DNA of 33,149 nucleotides, from positions 1-33,149 of the forward strand of contig JAFTIJ010000093.1 of assembly GCA_017456965.1 (NCBI GenBank), given 5' to 3'. Position numbers and translations under genes: made by a program. Source of the stretch: Clostridia bacterium (lineage in GTDB: Bacteria > Bacillota > Clostridia > Oscillospirales > CAG-272). Below, piece after piece: positions 1-8,176 of the stretch. How positions within the stretch are numbered: position 1 is the stretch's first letter; the number at the start of each line of letters is the position of its first letter. The notes beneath the pieces are model-generated. The model searched no databases. It saw only the letters and a list, made by a program, of their open reading frames with translations, and was not told the origin of the DNA.

Positions 1-159
1 GTGGAAGGAGCCTGCGTGCAATAAAGGTAACGGCTGAATTTATGAGATGCGTATATACGATAGGCACGGTTTCCCAATATAATATTCAGCCCGTAAGATA
101 TCATGCACGCGCTCTCCCTCACCCGACCTCCGTCGGGAGCTCCCTCCCAGAGGGAGCCT
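1..159. repeat. REP-like inverted doublet (family A), left arm truncated by the window start
   Basis: gtggaaggagcctgcgtgca (1-20) is an imperfect inverse of tgcacgcgctctccctcac (104-122). The right arm ends in agctccctcccagagggagcct, the same architecture as at 2041-2127 and 14815-14863. Inner IR ggctgaat/attcagcc. Confidence 0.6.
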
Positions 160-215
160 AACAGCAACCTTCGCTTTTGTTATCAATCACATTGCGCCGT
201 GCACTCCCTGTGTTT

Positions 216-238
216 CGTTCGAGGATGACAGCACAGAG
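216..238. repeat. Half copy of palindromic repeat family B (cgttcgaggatgaca)
   Basis: The 15-mer cgttcgaggatgaca is identical to 29944-29958, followed by gcacagag here and agcgcagag there. Confidence 0.55.
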
Positions 239-369
239 GAGGTATCTGCAAAAGTGAAGTTTTAAATGTTACAAGATACTACGAGGATGATTTTCTATCG
301 GTAGGTAAAACCTGCTTTATGGAAGGCACCCCTTCAGCGGTCCTTTTTTGGTAATATGTAATCGGTTTC

Positions 370-963
370 TTACTTTCTCTTTTTGTAATTCAGGAGTCTG
401 ACGATCACGGGGCCGAGAACGACGTTGAGACCAAGCTCAAACAGGAAATTGAAGCCGACGAGACCGAAGAACATATAGGCGACGACGTTATCGTAGCCAA
501 AGCTCTTGCCCCACTCCGTAAGCGTATCGAGGAAGAAGATCCAGCCGCCGAGAAGGAAAATGCCCGTATTGACGAGGGGACAAACGACGGCAGAGGCAAT
601 GACCGCCACAACGCGGTTGAGCTTCTCCAAAAGCTTATACACAAGACCTGCCACAAGGCCTGCCAGCGTACCCTTCAGGAGCACGACGAGAACCGTGCCG
701 AGCACGTCAACGGTAAGAAAGGCCGCGGCGTCACCGCTGAGCAGAACCGTCACGCCGAAAATGAAGCCGAGCCACGCGCCCATACCGGCACCGCAGGTTG
801 CCGCACCGATGACGATCGGGATCAAAACCAGAGAGACGGAGAAAAGGCCGAGACGGACCAGAGCCGCCGCGATGAACTGCAGGACCACGACCAGCGCGGT
901 CAGGATCGCTCCGAGCGCTAAGGTCTCGGTCGACATTCTTTTGGTTTGGTTTTTGAATTTCAT
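370..963 (-). CDS. panT: ECF transporter S component, probably pantothenate-specific (PanT-like)
   Basis: About 197 aa with roughly 6 hydrophobic helices. Motifs include AILTALVVVLQ, IPIVIGA..G...GAWLGFIFG and VNTGIFL. RBS AGGAGG precedes the ATG at 963. Adjacent to coaX, with a pan-like hairpin in the leader. Confidence 0.75.
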   Translation of the reverse strand: MKFKNQTKRMSTETLALGAILTALVVVLQFIAAALVRLGLFSVSLVLIPIVIGAATCGAGMGAWLGFIFGVTVLLSGDAAAFLTVDVLGTVLVVLLKGTLAGLVAGLVYKLLEKLNRVVAVIASAVVCPLVNTGIFLLGGWIFFLDTLTEWGKSFGYDNVVAYMFFGLVGFNFLFELGLNVVLGPVIVRLLNYKKRK

Positions 964-979
964 GATAAAAATCCTCCTG

Positions 980-1010
980 TGCTGTCGTCCGCCGATGGCG
1001 GTACAACGCA
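980..1010 (-). ncRNA. pan RNA motif-like stem-loop with two bulged adenosines
   Basis: The minus strand reads UGC-GUUGU-A-CCGCC-AUC-GGCGG-ACGAC-A-GCA: one stem with a bulged A on each side, 2 nt before the RBS of the panT-like gene. Confidence 0.65.
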
Positions 1011-1061
1011 AATTTTATTTTTATATTATCTCCCAAGAGGAGCAATATACGGGGAAAAAGA

Positions 1062-1835
1062 TCACTTTTCGTTATTCTTTTTATAGATGATATATAAGCC
1101 CTTTAAAACGAGGTGCTCATCCACGCGGATACGGTGTCGGCAATACCCGATGACCATGGGGGCAAAGCCACCCGTCGCGTAAACGGGGATCTCCTCACCG
1201 AGCTCCTCGCGGATACGGTCGATCATGCCGTCCACAAGGCTGGCGTTGCCGAAAACCACGCCCGATTTCATACAGTCGGCAGTATTTTTGCCGATCACGG
1301 AGCGCGGCGCCTCCAAGCTGACCTTGGGGAGCTGTGCGGTCTTCTCGACCAGCGCATCCAGACCCGTCTGCACGCCGGGGATGATCGAGACGCCGACAAA
1401 CGCACCGTTTCGGCTCATAACCATCATCTTTGTCGCCGTACCCATATCGATCACAAGCGACGGACTGCCGTAAAGCGTATGCGCCGCGACGCACGCGCAG
1501 ATGATATCCGCACCGACGGAGGACGGAATATCGCAATGGATATTGATGCCCGTACGGATGCCCGGCCCTACAATCAGCGCCTCGATCCCGCAGAGAAACG
1601 CGACGGCCTTTCTGACCACGGTATTTAACGGAGGCACAACGGACGCAATGATCGCGCCGCGGATCCGATCCCGCTCGACGCCGTAGAGCGACAGCACGCC
1701 AAGCAATAGCGTCGCATACTCATCCTCCGTGCGGTTGATGTCCGCAGAGAGACTTGTGCGAAAGACCAGCCGATCCCGCTCAAAGCCGCCGATCACGATA
1801 TTGGTATTCCCGATATCCATGGCGAGAATCATCAT
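1062..1835 (-). CDS. coaX: Type III pantothenate kinase
   Basis: MILAMDIGNTN, ASVVP, VGAD, VIDMGTATK, IIPG and ATGG motifs. AGGA RBS. Confidence 0.95.
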   Translation of the reverse strand: MMILAMDIGNTNIVIGGFERDRLVFRTSLSADINRTEDEYATLLLGVLSLYGVERDRIRGAIIASVVPPLNTVVRKAVAFLCGIEALIVGPGIRTGINIHCDIPSSVGADIICACVAAHTLYGSPSLVIDMGTATKMMVMSRNGAFVGVSIIPGVQTGLDALVEKTAQLPKVSLEAPRSVIGKNTADCMKSGVVFGNASLVDGMIDRIREELGEEIPVYATGGFAPMVIGYCRHRIRVDEHLVLKGLYIIYKKNNEK

Positions 1836-1866
1836 TTCACATCCTTTTCGGTACAATATTAAAATA

Positions 1867-1895
1867 ATTATATCACTTTTTTGCCCGAAACGCAA
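1867..1895 (-). promoter_or_regulatory. Sigma-A promoter of coaX
   Basis: TTGCGT-17 bp-TATAAT with an extended TG. Confidence 0.7.
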
Positions 1896-2040
1896 GTGTA
1901 TGCGAGAAGTTTTTGCTTGGGGACGCCTTCTTTTCTTTGGTTTCAAAGAAAAGAAGCAAAAGAAAAAACGAACGCAACGGCGTTCGATCCGTAGAAGGGG
2001 CAGAAAGGCAATATCATTTCGTTACGCTTTCGCAGTTCCC

Positions 2041-2127
2041 TCCCTCAGTCACCTTTGGTGACAGCACGGGGTCCCCAAGCCGCCGTGCGCGGTTTGGGGT
2101 TCTCGGTATCCCTCGTCAGAGGGAGCC
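2041..2127. repeat. REP family A copy interrupted by a 43-bp hairpin insert
   Basis: tccctcagtcacctttggtgacagc[2066-2108]tccctcgtcagagggagcc, compared with the uninterrupted tccctcagtcgctatcgcgccagctccctttgcacaagggagcc at 14819-14862. Confidence 0.6.
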
Positions 2128-2198
2128 GATCGGCCTTTCGCTTTCACGTATATTCAGCCATAGATCGGGCTGTCTTCACCAAAGCACGCCTTTGTGAC

Positions 2199-2235
2199 AA
2201 AACGCCCCCGACAGATCGGTGTCTCTGTCGGGGGC
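2199..2235 (-). terminator. Intrinsic terminator of topA
   Basis: 12-bp IR gcccccgacaga/tctgtcgggggc followed by GTTTT on the minus strand, about 20 nt after the topA stop. Confidence 0.75.
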
Positions 2236-2256
2236 TTACGGTTTCGGTCGGGGGGC

Positions 2257-4530
2257 TTATGCCTCGGGCTTCTCCTCGGGGAGGTTCTCTTTATAGGAGC
2301 ACTCCTTATTCATGCAAACGAGCACGCTCTTGCCCTTCTTGACGGCGAGCATACCGCCGCAGGTGGGACAGGTCTTATCCGTCGGCAGATCCCAGCTTGA
2401 GAAATCACAGGTGGGATACGAGGAGCAGCTATAGAATACGGTGTGATTCTTACCGAAGCCCTTGACGACGGGAGCACCGCACTTGGGGCACGCCACGCCG
2501 ATCTCCTCGCGGATGGGCTTGGTATACTTACACTTGGGGAAGTTACTGCACGCGTAGAACTTACCGTAGCGGCTCTTGCGGATCACGATATCACCGCCGC
2601 AGAGCTCACACTTCAGATCGGTCTTCTCGGGCTCCTCCTTCTCCTTTTTGGACTTGCCCGACGCGTCGAGCGGCTTCGTATTCTTACACTCGGGGTAGCC
2701 GGGGCAGGCGGCAAACTTGCCGAAGCGTCCGCTCTTGATGATCATGCGCTTACCGCACTTCTCGCAGATGATATCGGACTCCTCGACGGGAAGCTCGACC
2801 TTATTCTCGCCGATCTTCTCCTGCGCCTTTGCCAGCGTCTTTTCAAAATCGCCGTAGAATGCGCCGAGAACGTGCTCCAGCGTATCGTTGCCGCGCGCGA
2901 TCTCGTCGAGGTCGTCCTCCATATTGGCGGTAAACTTATAATCGACGATCTTCGGGAAATTCTTTTTCATCAGCTCAACGGTCGCAACGCCGAGGGGCGT
3001 TGCCTTCAGAAGCTTTTTGTCTCGCTCGATATAGCCGCGCTCCAGAATGGTCGTGATGGTAGGCGCGTAGGTACTCGGACGGCCAACGCCCTTCTCCTTC
3101 ATAAACTTGATGAGCGATGCCTCATCATAATGTGCGGGCGGCTCGGTGAAGTTCTGCGTGGCGAGGATCTCGCCGATGCCGAGCACGTCACCCTCCTTGA
3201 GCCCTCTGAGCTTGGAGGTCTTATCAAACACCTCGTCGTCATCGGAGTAGGCGAGCTTATAGCCCTTGAAGGAGAGCACGCTCTCGCTGAGCTTATAGAT
3301 ATAGCCTGCGGAGATGAAGTCCACCTCGACGGCGTCGTACTCCGCATTTTTCATCTGGCTCGCAACGAAGCGATCCCAGATCAGCTTATAAAGACGGTAC
3401 TGATCCGAGGAGAGGAAGGGACGGATATCCTCGGGGGTAAAGTCCATGCTCGCGGGGCGGATCGCCTCGTGCGCGTCCTGTGCCGCCGCCTTGGACTTAT
3501 AGACCTTGCGCTTGCTCGGGTAGTACGCATCGCCGTACTTCGCACGGATCAGCGCCTCTGCCGCGGCCGCCGCCTCGTCGGAGATACGGAGCGAGTCCGT
3601 TCTCATATAGGTGATCAGACCGTGTACACCGCCGTTTGCCGCACCGAGGTCCACGCCCTCGTACAGCTCCTGTGCGACCTTCATCGTTCTCTTGGAGTGG
3701 AAGCCGAAGCGACGGGACGCCACCTGCTGGAGGCTGGAGGTCTCAAACGGAGGCTCGGGGCTCTTGCTCTTTTTGGAGATCTTGAGATTTTTTACGCTGA
3801 ATTCGCTGTCGCGGCAGGCATCCACGATCTTCTGAGCCTCCTCACCGCAATCCAGCTCGATCTTGCCGTTTTCGTCACCGAAAAACTTTGCCTTGATCTT
3901 CTGATTTTTGCCAAGACCAAGAATAGCCTCGATGGTCCAGAACTCCTTGGGGACGAACTTCTCGATCTCCGCATCTCTCTCCACGATGATGCGCGTTGCC
4001 ACAGACTGTACGCGACCTGCGGAGAGACCGCTCTTGACGGTCTTCCAGAGATAGGGGCTGATCTTATAGCCGACGATGCGGTCGAGGATTCTGCGCGCCT
4101 GCTGAGAGTTGACCAGATTCATGTCGATCGGATGGGGCGCGTCGATGCCGCTCTGCACGGTCTTTTTGGTGATCTCGTTGAAGGCTACGCGCAGGGCCTG
4201 CTCGGGCTCGATGCCGAGCACCGTCGCCAGATGCCACGCGATCGCCTCACCCTCACGGTCAGGGTCCGTTGCGATATAGACCTTGTCCGCGCTCTTCGCC
4301 TCCTTTTTCAGCTCCGTGATCAGAGCGCTTTTGCCCTGAATATTGATATATTTTACCTTAAAATCATTCTCGGTATCCACGCCGAGACGGCTCTTCGGGA
4401 GGTCTCTGACGTGACCCTTGCAAGAGATGACCTTGTAGCCGCTGCCAAGGTACGAGTTGACCGTGGCAACCTTACCGGGGGACTCCAAAATAACCAGATT
4501 GATATGTTTCTTACTTTCCGGCATATCCAA
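2257..4530 (-). CDS. topA: DNA topoisomerase I with C-terminal zinc ribbons
   Basis: Toprim LVILESPGK, GHVRDLP, ATDPDREGE, SAGRVQS, catalytic LITYMRTD and four CxxC ribbon repeats. TTG start 7 nt after GGAG (ATG at 4524 is an alternative). Confidence 0.98.
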   Translation of the reverse strand: MDMPESKKHINLVILESPGKVATVNSYLGSGYKVISCKGHVRDLPKSRLGVDTENDFKVKYINIQGKSALITELKKEAKSADKVYIATDPDREGEAIAWHLATVLGIEPEQALRVAFNEITKKTVQSGIDAPHPIDMNLVNSQQARRILDRIVGYKISPYLWKTVKSGLSAGRVQSVATRIIVERDAEIEKFVPKEFWTIEAILGLGKNQKIKAKFFGDENGKIELDCGEEAQKIVDACRDSEFSVKNLKISKKSKSPEPPFETSSLQQVASRRFGFHSKRTMKVAQELYEGVDLGAANGGVHGLITYMRTDSLRISDEAAAAAEALIRAKYGDAYYPSKRKVYKSKAAAQDAHEAIRPASMDFTPEDIRPFLSSDQYRLYKLIWDRFVASQMKNAEYDAVEVDFISAGYIYKLSESVLSFKGYKLAYSDDDEVFDKTSKLRGLKEGDVLGIGEILATQNFTEPPAHYDEASLIKFMKEKGVGRPSTYAPTITTILERGYIERDKKLLKATPLGVATVELMKKNFPKIVDYKFTANMEDDLDEIARGNDTLEHVLGAFYGDFEKTLAKAQEKIGENKVELPVEESDIICEKCGKRMIIKSGRFGKFAACPGYPECKNTKPLDASGKSKKEKEEPEKTDLKCELCGGDIVIRKSRYGKFYACSNFPKCKYTKPIREEIGVACPKCGAPVVKGFGKNHTVFYSCSSYPTCDFSSWDLPTDKTCPTCGGMLAVKKGKSVLVCMNKECSYKENLPEEKPEA

Positions 4531-4575
4531 AAACGCACTCCTTTATCTTCACATTACAAATTCACAGTAAATACT

Positions 4576-4605
4576 ATTATATATCCAAACCGAACGATTT
4601 GTCAA
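4576..4605 (-). promoter_or_regulatory. Sigma-A promoter of topA (18-bp spacer)
   Basis: TTGACA-18 bp-TATAAT. Confidence 0.75.
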
Positions 4606-4613
4606 GCATTAAT

Positions 4614-5918
4614 TTACAAACTGCGGCCACTGCCTTCATTGCGGGCGCGGTAGACGCCGCCGGGGAGTGCCTCGGCAAAGCCGCCCATCTCTAACATCGT
4701 AAGCGTACCGAGCAGCGTCGCAACGTCTGCCCTCTTGCCCGTTTTTCTTGCATAAAGCACGGCGAGCTCCTCACAGGACATCGGGCGGTCAAGCAAAGCG
4801 AGCACCTCGCGCTCCGGCTCGGATAGACCGTCAGGCTTCCATCCGGGCGCCGCGTGGGGCGTCTCTTCTTTTCGGGGGGGCTTTTGTACCGTTTTCGCCT
4901 TTGGCGCCTTGGTGCGCTCACGTGTCACGGTGCTCTCCGCCATCTTGGGCGGCGGCGGGAGAGGCGCCGCGTGCGAAAACGCCGCAAGCGCGCGCGTGCG
5001 GTGCTCCTCGCACCCCCCCAGCCGCTCCGTAAATATCGTATGCGGATACGTAAGCTCATATTCACGTAAAATATCGTATGCGGAGGTCGTGAGCGTCGCG
5101 CCGTTTCGGATCAGCGAATTCGTCCCCGCAGAGAGGCGGTCCGCCGCGCCCCCGGGGTACGCAAACAGGTCGCGCCCCTGACGCAGAGCGCATCTTGCCG
5201 TGATCAGCGAGCCGCTTCTCAGATCCGCCTCCACAACGGCGGTCGCCTGTGAGAGCCCCGAGATAATGCGATTACGGATCGGAAAGTTTCTGGCGTTCGG
5301 CGCCGTTCCGGGCGCAAACTCCGTCACCAGCGTCCCGCGCCTTGCAATATCGCGCATCAGCGGTCGGTTCTCGGGCGGATACACGTGGTCAAGCCCACAG
5401 CCGAGCACCGCGACGGTATGCCCTCCTGCGGCGAGCGCACCCGCGTGTGCCGCGGTATCAATGCCGCGCGCCAGCCCCGACACCACCACCGCGCCGCAAG
5501 CGGCAAGGTCGTAGCCGAGGAGAAAGGCGTTGTCGCGTCCGCCGTGACTGCAGGTCCGCGTGCCGACGCAGGCGATCGAGAGTCGACGACCGAAATCGGG
5601 GAGCGCACCGAGATAATACAAAACCAGCGGCTTTGCGTGGATGGCGCGAAGCCGCGAGGGGTAGGCATCGCTGTCGGGCGTCAGGATACCGATCTTCATT
5701 TTTTCGCAATAAGCGACGATCATGCGCTCCCGCTCCAGCGACTTATCGCAAAGCGCGTGAAAGAGCCTGTCGTCGATCCCACCGATCGCGCCGAGCGTCC
5801 TCGCATCCGTCTCGTGCACCGCCCGCGGAGAGCCGAAAAGCGAGAGCAGAAGCGTCCCGCTCTCGCTGCCCGCACCGCAACGCAGTGCGAGCCATATCCA
5901 ATAAATCAACGATTCCAT
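4614..5918 (-). CDS. dprA: DNA-processing protein DprA
   Basis: VGTR, VVSGLARGIDTAAH, FPIRNRIISGLS, VVEA..SGSLITA and a C-terminal winged-helix-like LTMLEMGG. Typical dprA-topA order. The start could instead be 5930 (ATGA overlap). Confidence 0.95.
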   Translation of the reverse strand: MESLIYWIWLALRCGAGSESGTLLLSLFGSPRAVHETDARTLGAIGGIDDRLFHALCDKSLERERMIVAYCEKMKIGILTPDSDAYPSRLRAIHAKPLVLYYLGALPDFGRRLSIACVGTRTCSHGGRDNAFLLGYDLAACGAVVVSGLARGIDTAAHAGALAAGGHTVAVLGCGLDHVYPPENRPLMRDIARRGTLVTEFAPGTAPNARNFPIRNRIISGLSQATAVVEADLRSGSLITARCALRQGRDLFAYPGGAADRLSAGTNSLIRNGATLTTSAYDILREYELTYPHTIFTERLGGCEEHRTRALAAFSHAAPLPPPPKMAESTVTRERTKAPKAKTVQKPPRKEETPHAAPGWKPDGLSEPEREVLALLDRPMSCEELAVLYARKTGKRADVATLLGTLTMLEMGGFAEALPGGVYRARNEGSGRSL

Positions 5919-5926
5919 CGCGCGCC

Positions 5927-6703
5927 TCATTTCAGACGTACGCGCGCCGCTTCCCACATGACGACGCCCGAGGCGACGGCGGCGTTGAGCGACTCGGGGC
6001 CCTCACGCATCGGGATGATGACCGAGCCCGTGCAGGCGTCGAGCGTCTCACGGGAAACGCCGTGGCCCTCGTTACCGATCACGAAGCCGATCTTCCCTAC
6101 CATATCCACGTCGCGGATATCGTAAGAGTCGGTATCCAGCGCGGTCGCGTAAATGCGGAAGCCCTCTGCCCGTAAGCGTGCGATCTCGTCGGCGAGGCTC
6201 TCCGTATGGCAAAGCGCCACGCGAAAAAGCGAGCCCATGCAGGCACGCACGGTCTTGGGATTGTAGCGGTCGGCACAGCCCGCGCCCGTGTAGATCTTAT
6301 CTACGCCGAAGGCATCTGCCGAGCGCATGACCGCACCGAAGTTACCGGGATCGGCAACGCCGTCCAGTAAGAGCACAAAGCCATGCTCCTCTCTTGCCTT
6401 GGGCGTAAAATACGCACAGACGCAAAACACGCCCTGCGGTGCGCTCTCAAAGGAGAGCTTGCCGTAGACCGCATCGCTGACGATATGGAGTACGTCCCCC
6501 GCACCGTCAAGCTCCTCACGGTATTTCTCATAGGCGCTCTCCGTTGCAAACACGGAGACAAGCTCCGCGCCCGCCGCTCTCGCCTCACGGAAAAGCTTGA
6601 TGCCCTCAAAGGCAAACGTGCGCGTACGCTCTCTGTGCTTTTTATCCGAGAGCTTTGCCGCCGCGACGACGGCGCCGTTGGATTTGCTGGTGATAAGTTC
6701 CAT
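5927..6703 (-). CDS. TrmH/SpoU-family RNA 2'-O-methyltransferase
   Basis: DPGNFGAVMRSADAFG, IGNEGHGVS and ESLNAAVA SPOUT motifs. RBS AAGGAG. Confidence 0.93.
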   Translation of the reverse strand: MELITSKSNGAVVAAAKLSDKKHRERTRTFAFEGIKLFREARAAGAELVSVFATESAYEKYREELDGAGDVLHIVSDAVYGKLSFESAPQGVFCVCAYFTPKAREEHGFVLLLDGVADPGNFGAVMRSADAFGVDKIYTGAGCADRYNPKTVRACMGSLFRVALCHTESLADEIARLRAEGFRIYATALDTDSYDIRDVDMVGKIGFVIGNEGHGVSRETLDACTGSVIIPMREGPESLNAAVASGVVMWEAARVRLK

Positions 6704-6753
6704 GATCGCTCCTTTTCTCATGCTCTATACGCTGAAAGTAGCGTATAGAACGC

Positions 6754-6785
6754 AAAAACCAAAGCATGGATGCTTTGGTTTTTTT
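6754..6785. terminator. Terminator after rplT (potentially bidirectional)
   Basis: 14-bp IR aaaaaccaaagcat/atgctttggttttt. Confidence 0.75.
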
Positions 6786-6829
6786 GTTTATCGTATGAAC
6801 TGTCTGTGGAAGCCGTGGCGGGCGTCACA

Positions 6830-7183
6830 TTAAAGTGCGCTCTTTGCGGTTTCGCAGAGAGCTGCGAAAGCTTCCTTGTCGCTTACTGCGAGCTCAGCGA
6901 GCATCTTGCGGTTGAGGTTGATGCCGCTTCTCTTGAGACCGCACATAAACTTGGAGTAGTTGAGACCGTTAACCTTTGCCTGAGCAGAGATTCTGGTGAT
7001 CCAGAGAGAACGGAAATCTCTCTTCTTCATCTTACGGCCTGCGAAAGCGTAGTTGCCGCTCTTCATGACGGCCTGCTTAGCCATCTTGAAGTGCTTGCTC
7101 TTTGCGCCCCAGTAGCCCTTTGCGAGCTTAAGAACTTTATTTCTTCTCTTGCGCGTCATCATCGCGCCCTTAACTCTTGCCAT
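6830..7183 (-). CDS. rplT: 50S ribosomal protein L20
   Basis: [28 protein letters not shown] and [11 protein letters not shown]. Confidence 0.99.
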   Translation of the reverse strand: MARVKGAMMTRKRRNKVLKLAKGYWGAKSKHFKMAKQAVMKSGNYAFAGRKMKKRDFRSLWITRISAQAKVNGLNYSKFMCGLKRSGINLNRKMLAELAVSDKEAFAALCETAKSAL

Positions 7184-7210
7184 TTTCTTATTCCTCCTTG
7201 ATGCCTTGAA

Positions 7211-7408
7211 TTATTTGTTGGGGATGAGGGACTTAACGGTTGCCTCGAAGGATGCGCTGAGGTAAGCGTTGCGACGAAGCTGTCTCTTGCGCTTAGGGGT
7301 CTTGATACCGAGCTTGTGGCGGCGGTTCGAGGAATTCATTTTTACCTTACCGGTCTTGGTGATAGAAAATCTTTTGGCTGTAGCCTTATGAGTCTTGATT
7401 TTTGCCAT
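7211..7408 (-). CDS. rpmI: 50S ribosomal protein L35
   Basis: MAKIKTHKATAKRFSITKTGK; lies between infC and rplT. Confidence 0.98.
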   Translation of the reverse strand: MAKIKTHKATAKRFSITKTGKVKMNSSNRRHKLGIKTPKRKRQLRRNAYLSASFEATVKSLIPNK

Positions 7409-7450
7409 TTTGGGATTCTTCCTTTCAAAATATTTGTTACCCGAGCAGCA

Positions 7451-7966
7451 TTACTGCTTGATGGGGGATAAAAACAACGTGAGGTTGCGTCCTTCGAGAA
7501 CGGGTTTTTTATCGATCTGCGCACATTCGGATGCGGCCTCAGCGAAGCGCATGACAATGTCCATGCCAAGTTCCGTGTGGCGCATTTCACGACCCTTAAA
7601 TCTTACGCAGACCTTGACCTTATTGCCATCTTTCAAGAAACGGAAAGCGTGGTTGAGCTTGGTCTGGAAGTCGTGTTCACCAATGCTGCAAGAGAGCTGG
7701 ATCTCCTTTACCTCAACGACCTGCTGCTTCTTCTTTGCTTCCTTCTCGCGTTTTTCCTGTTCAAAGCGGAATTTGCCGTAGTCCATGATGCGGCACACCG
7801 GGGGCTCTGCCTTCGGCGCGATCATTACGAGATCGAGACCCTTCTCGATGGAAAGATTCTGTGCGACATCAATGGAAACGATACCGAGCTGTTCGCCCTC
7901 CTCGCCCACAAGTCTTACCTGGGGGACGGTAATTTCCTCATTGATCAAATGTTCCTGCTTGCTGAT
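7451..7966 (-). CDS. infC: Translation initiation factor IF-3 (non-canonical ATC start)
   Basis: INEEI, GLDLV, PPVCRIMDYGKFRFE and FKGRE. A strong GGAGGT RBS lies 7 nt before an in-frame ATC at 7966; the only upstream in-frame ATG is in the leader terminator. Confidence 0.95.
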   Translation of the reverse strand: MSKQEHLINEEITVPQVRLVGEEGEQLGIVSIDVAQNLSIEKGLDLVMIAPKAEPPVCRIMDYGKFRFEQEKREKEAKKKQQVVEVKEIQLSCSIGEHDFQTKLNHAFRFLKDGNKVKVCVRFKGREMRHTELGMDIVMRFAEAASECAQIDKKPVLEGRNLTLFLSPIKQ

Positions 7967-7992
7967 ATGCGGCACCTCCAATATTGGAAAAT

Positions 7993-8130
7993 AAATAATG
8001 CGGAAAACCGAGCCGGTTCTCCGCATAAATATCCCATAGCAAAGGCATTGTCTGCCTATGTGAGCTACCTATTGACCCGAGCGCCCATTGCACTGCAAGG
8101 TGAGAACGGAGAACGTTCTGCTTTGTTTTA
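7993..8130 (-). ncRNA. Ribosomal protein L20 leader (transcription attenuator)
   Basis: The 5' end AAAGCAGAA..CCGUUCUCACC resembles the Firmicute L20 leader. Terminator at 7998-8026; antiterminator GUUCUCCG (8107-8114) is complementary to the terminator 5' arm CGGAGAAC. Confidence 0.85.
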
Positions 8131-8137
8131 CCGCACT

Positions 8138-8166
8138 ATTATAGCACAACGTGAACCGTCTGTCAA
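8138..8166 (-). promoter_or_regulatory. Consensus sigma-A promoter of the infC operon
   Basis: TTGACA-17 bp-TATAAT with TG extension. Confidence 0.9.
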
Positions 8167-8176
8167 GGGCTTTTTC

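Noticed and set aside
1950-2200. Riboswitch or tRNA in the topA-coaX gap
   Set aside because: The hairpins are explained by REP family A and its insert, the coaX promoter lies downstream of them, and there is no tRNA T-loop or known aptamer consensus.
2443-4653. Long antisense ORFs (736 aa here; also 8369-9472, 9485-10747, 15969-17210, 24634-25692, 25967-26929, 28089-29852, 31491-32546)
   Set aside because: These are shadow frames opposite well-supported genes, expected from GC-rich codon usage. They have no motifs or RBS.
6724-6749. Hairpin ctatacgct/agcgtatag just upstream of the TrmH-family RBS
   Set aside because: It is a single short IR with no U-tract or second copy, and I cannot assign it a function.
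7967-8026. N-terminal extension of infC from the ATG at 8026
   Set aside because: That ATG lies in the L20-leader terminator stem with no RBS; the strong SD points to the ATC at 7966.
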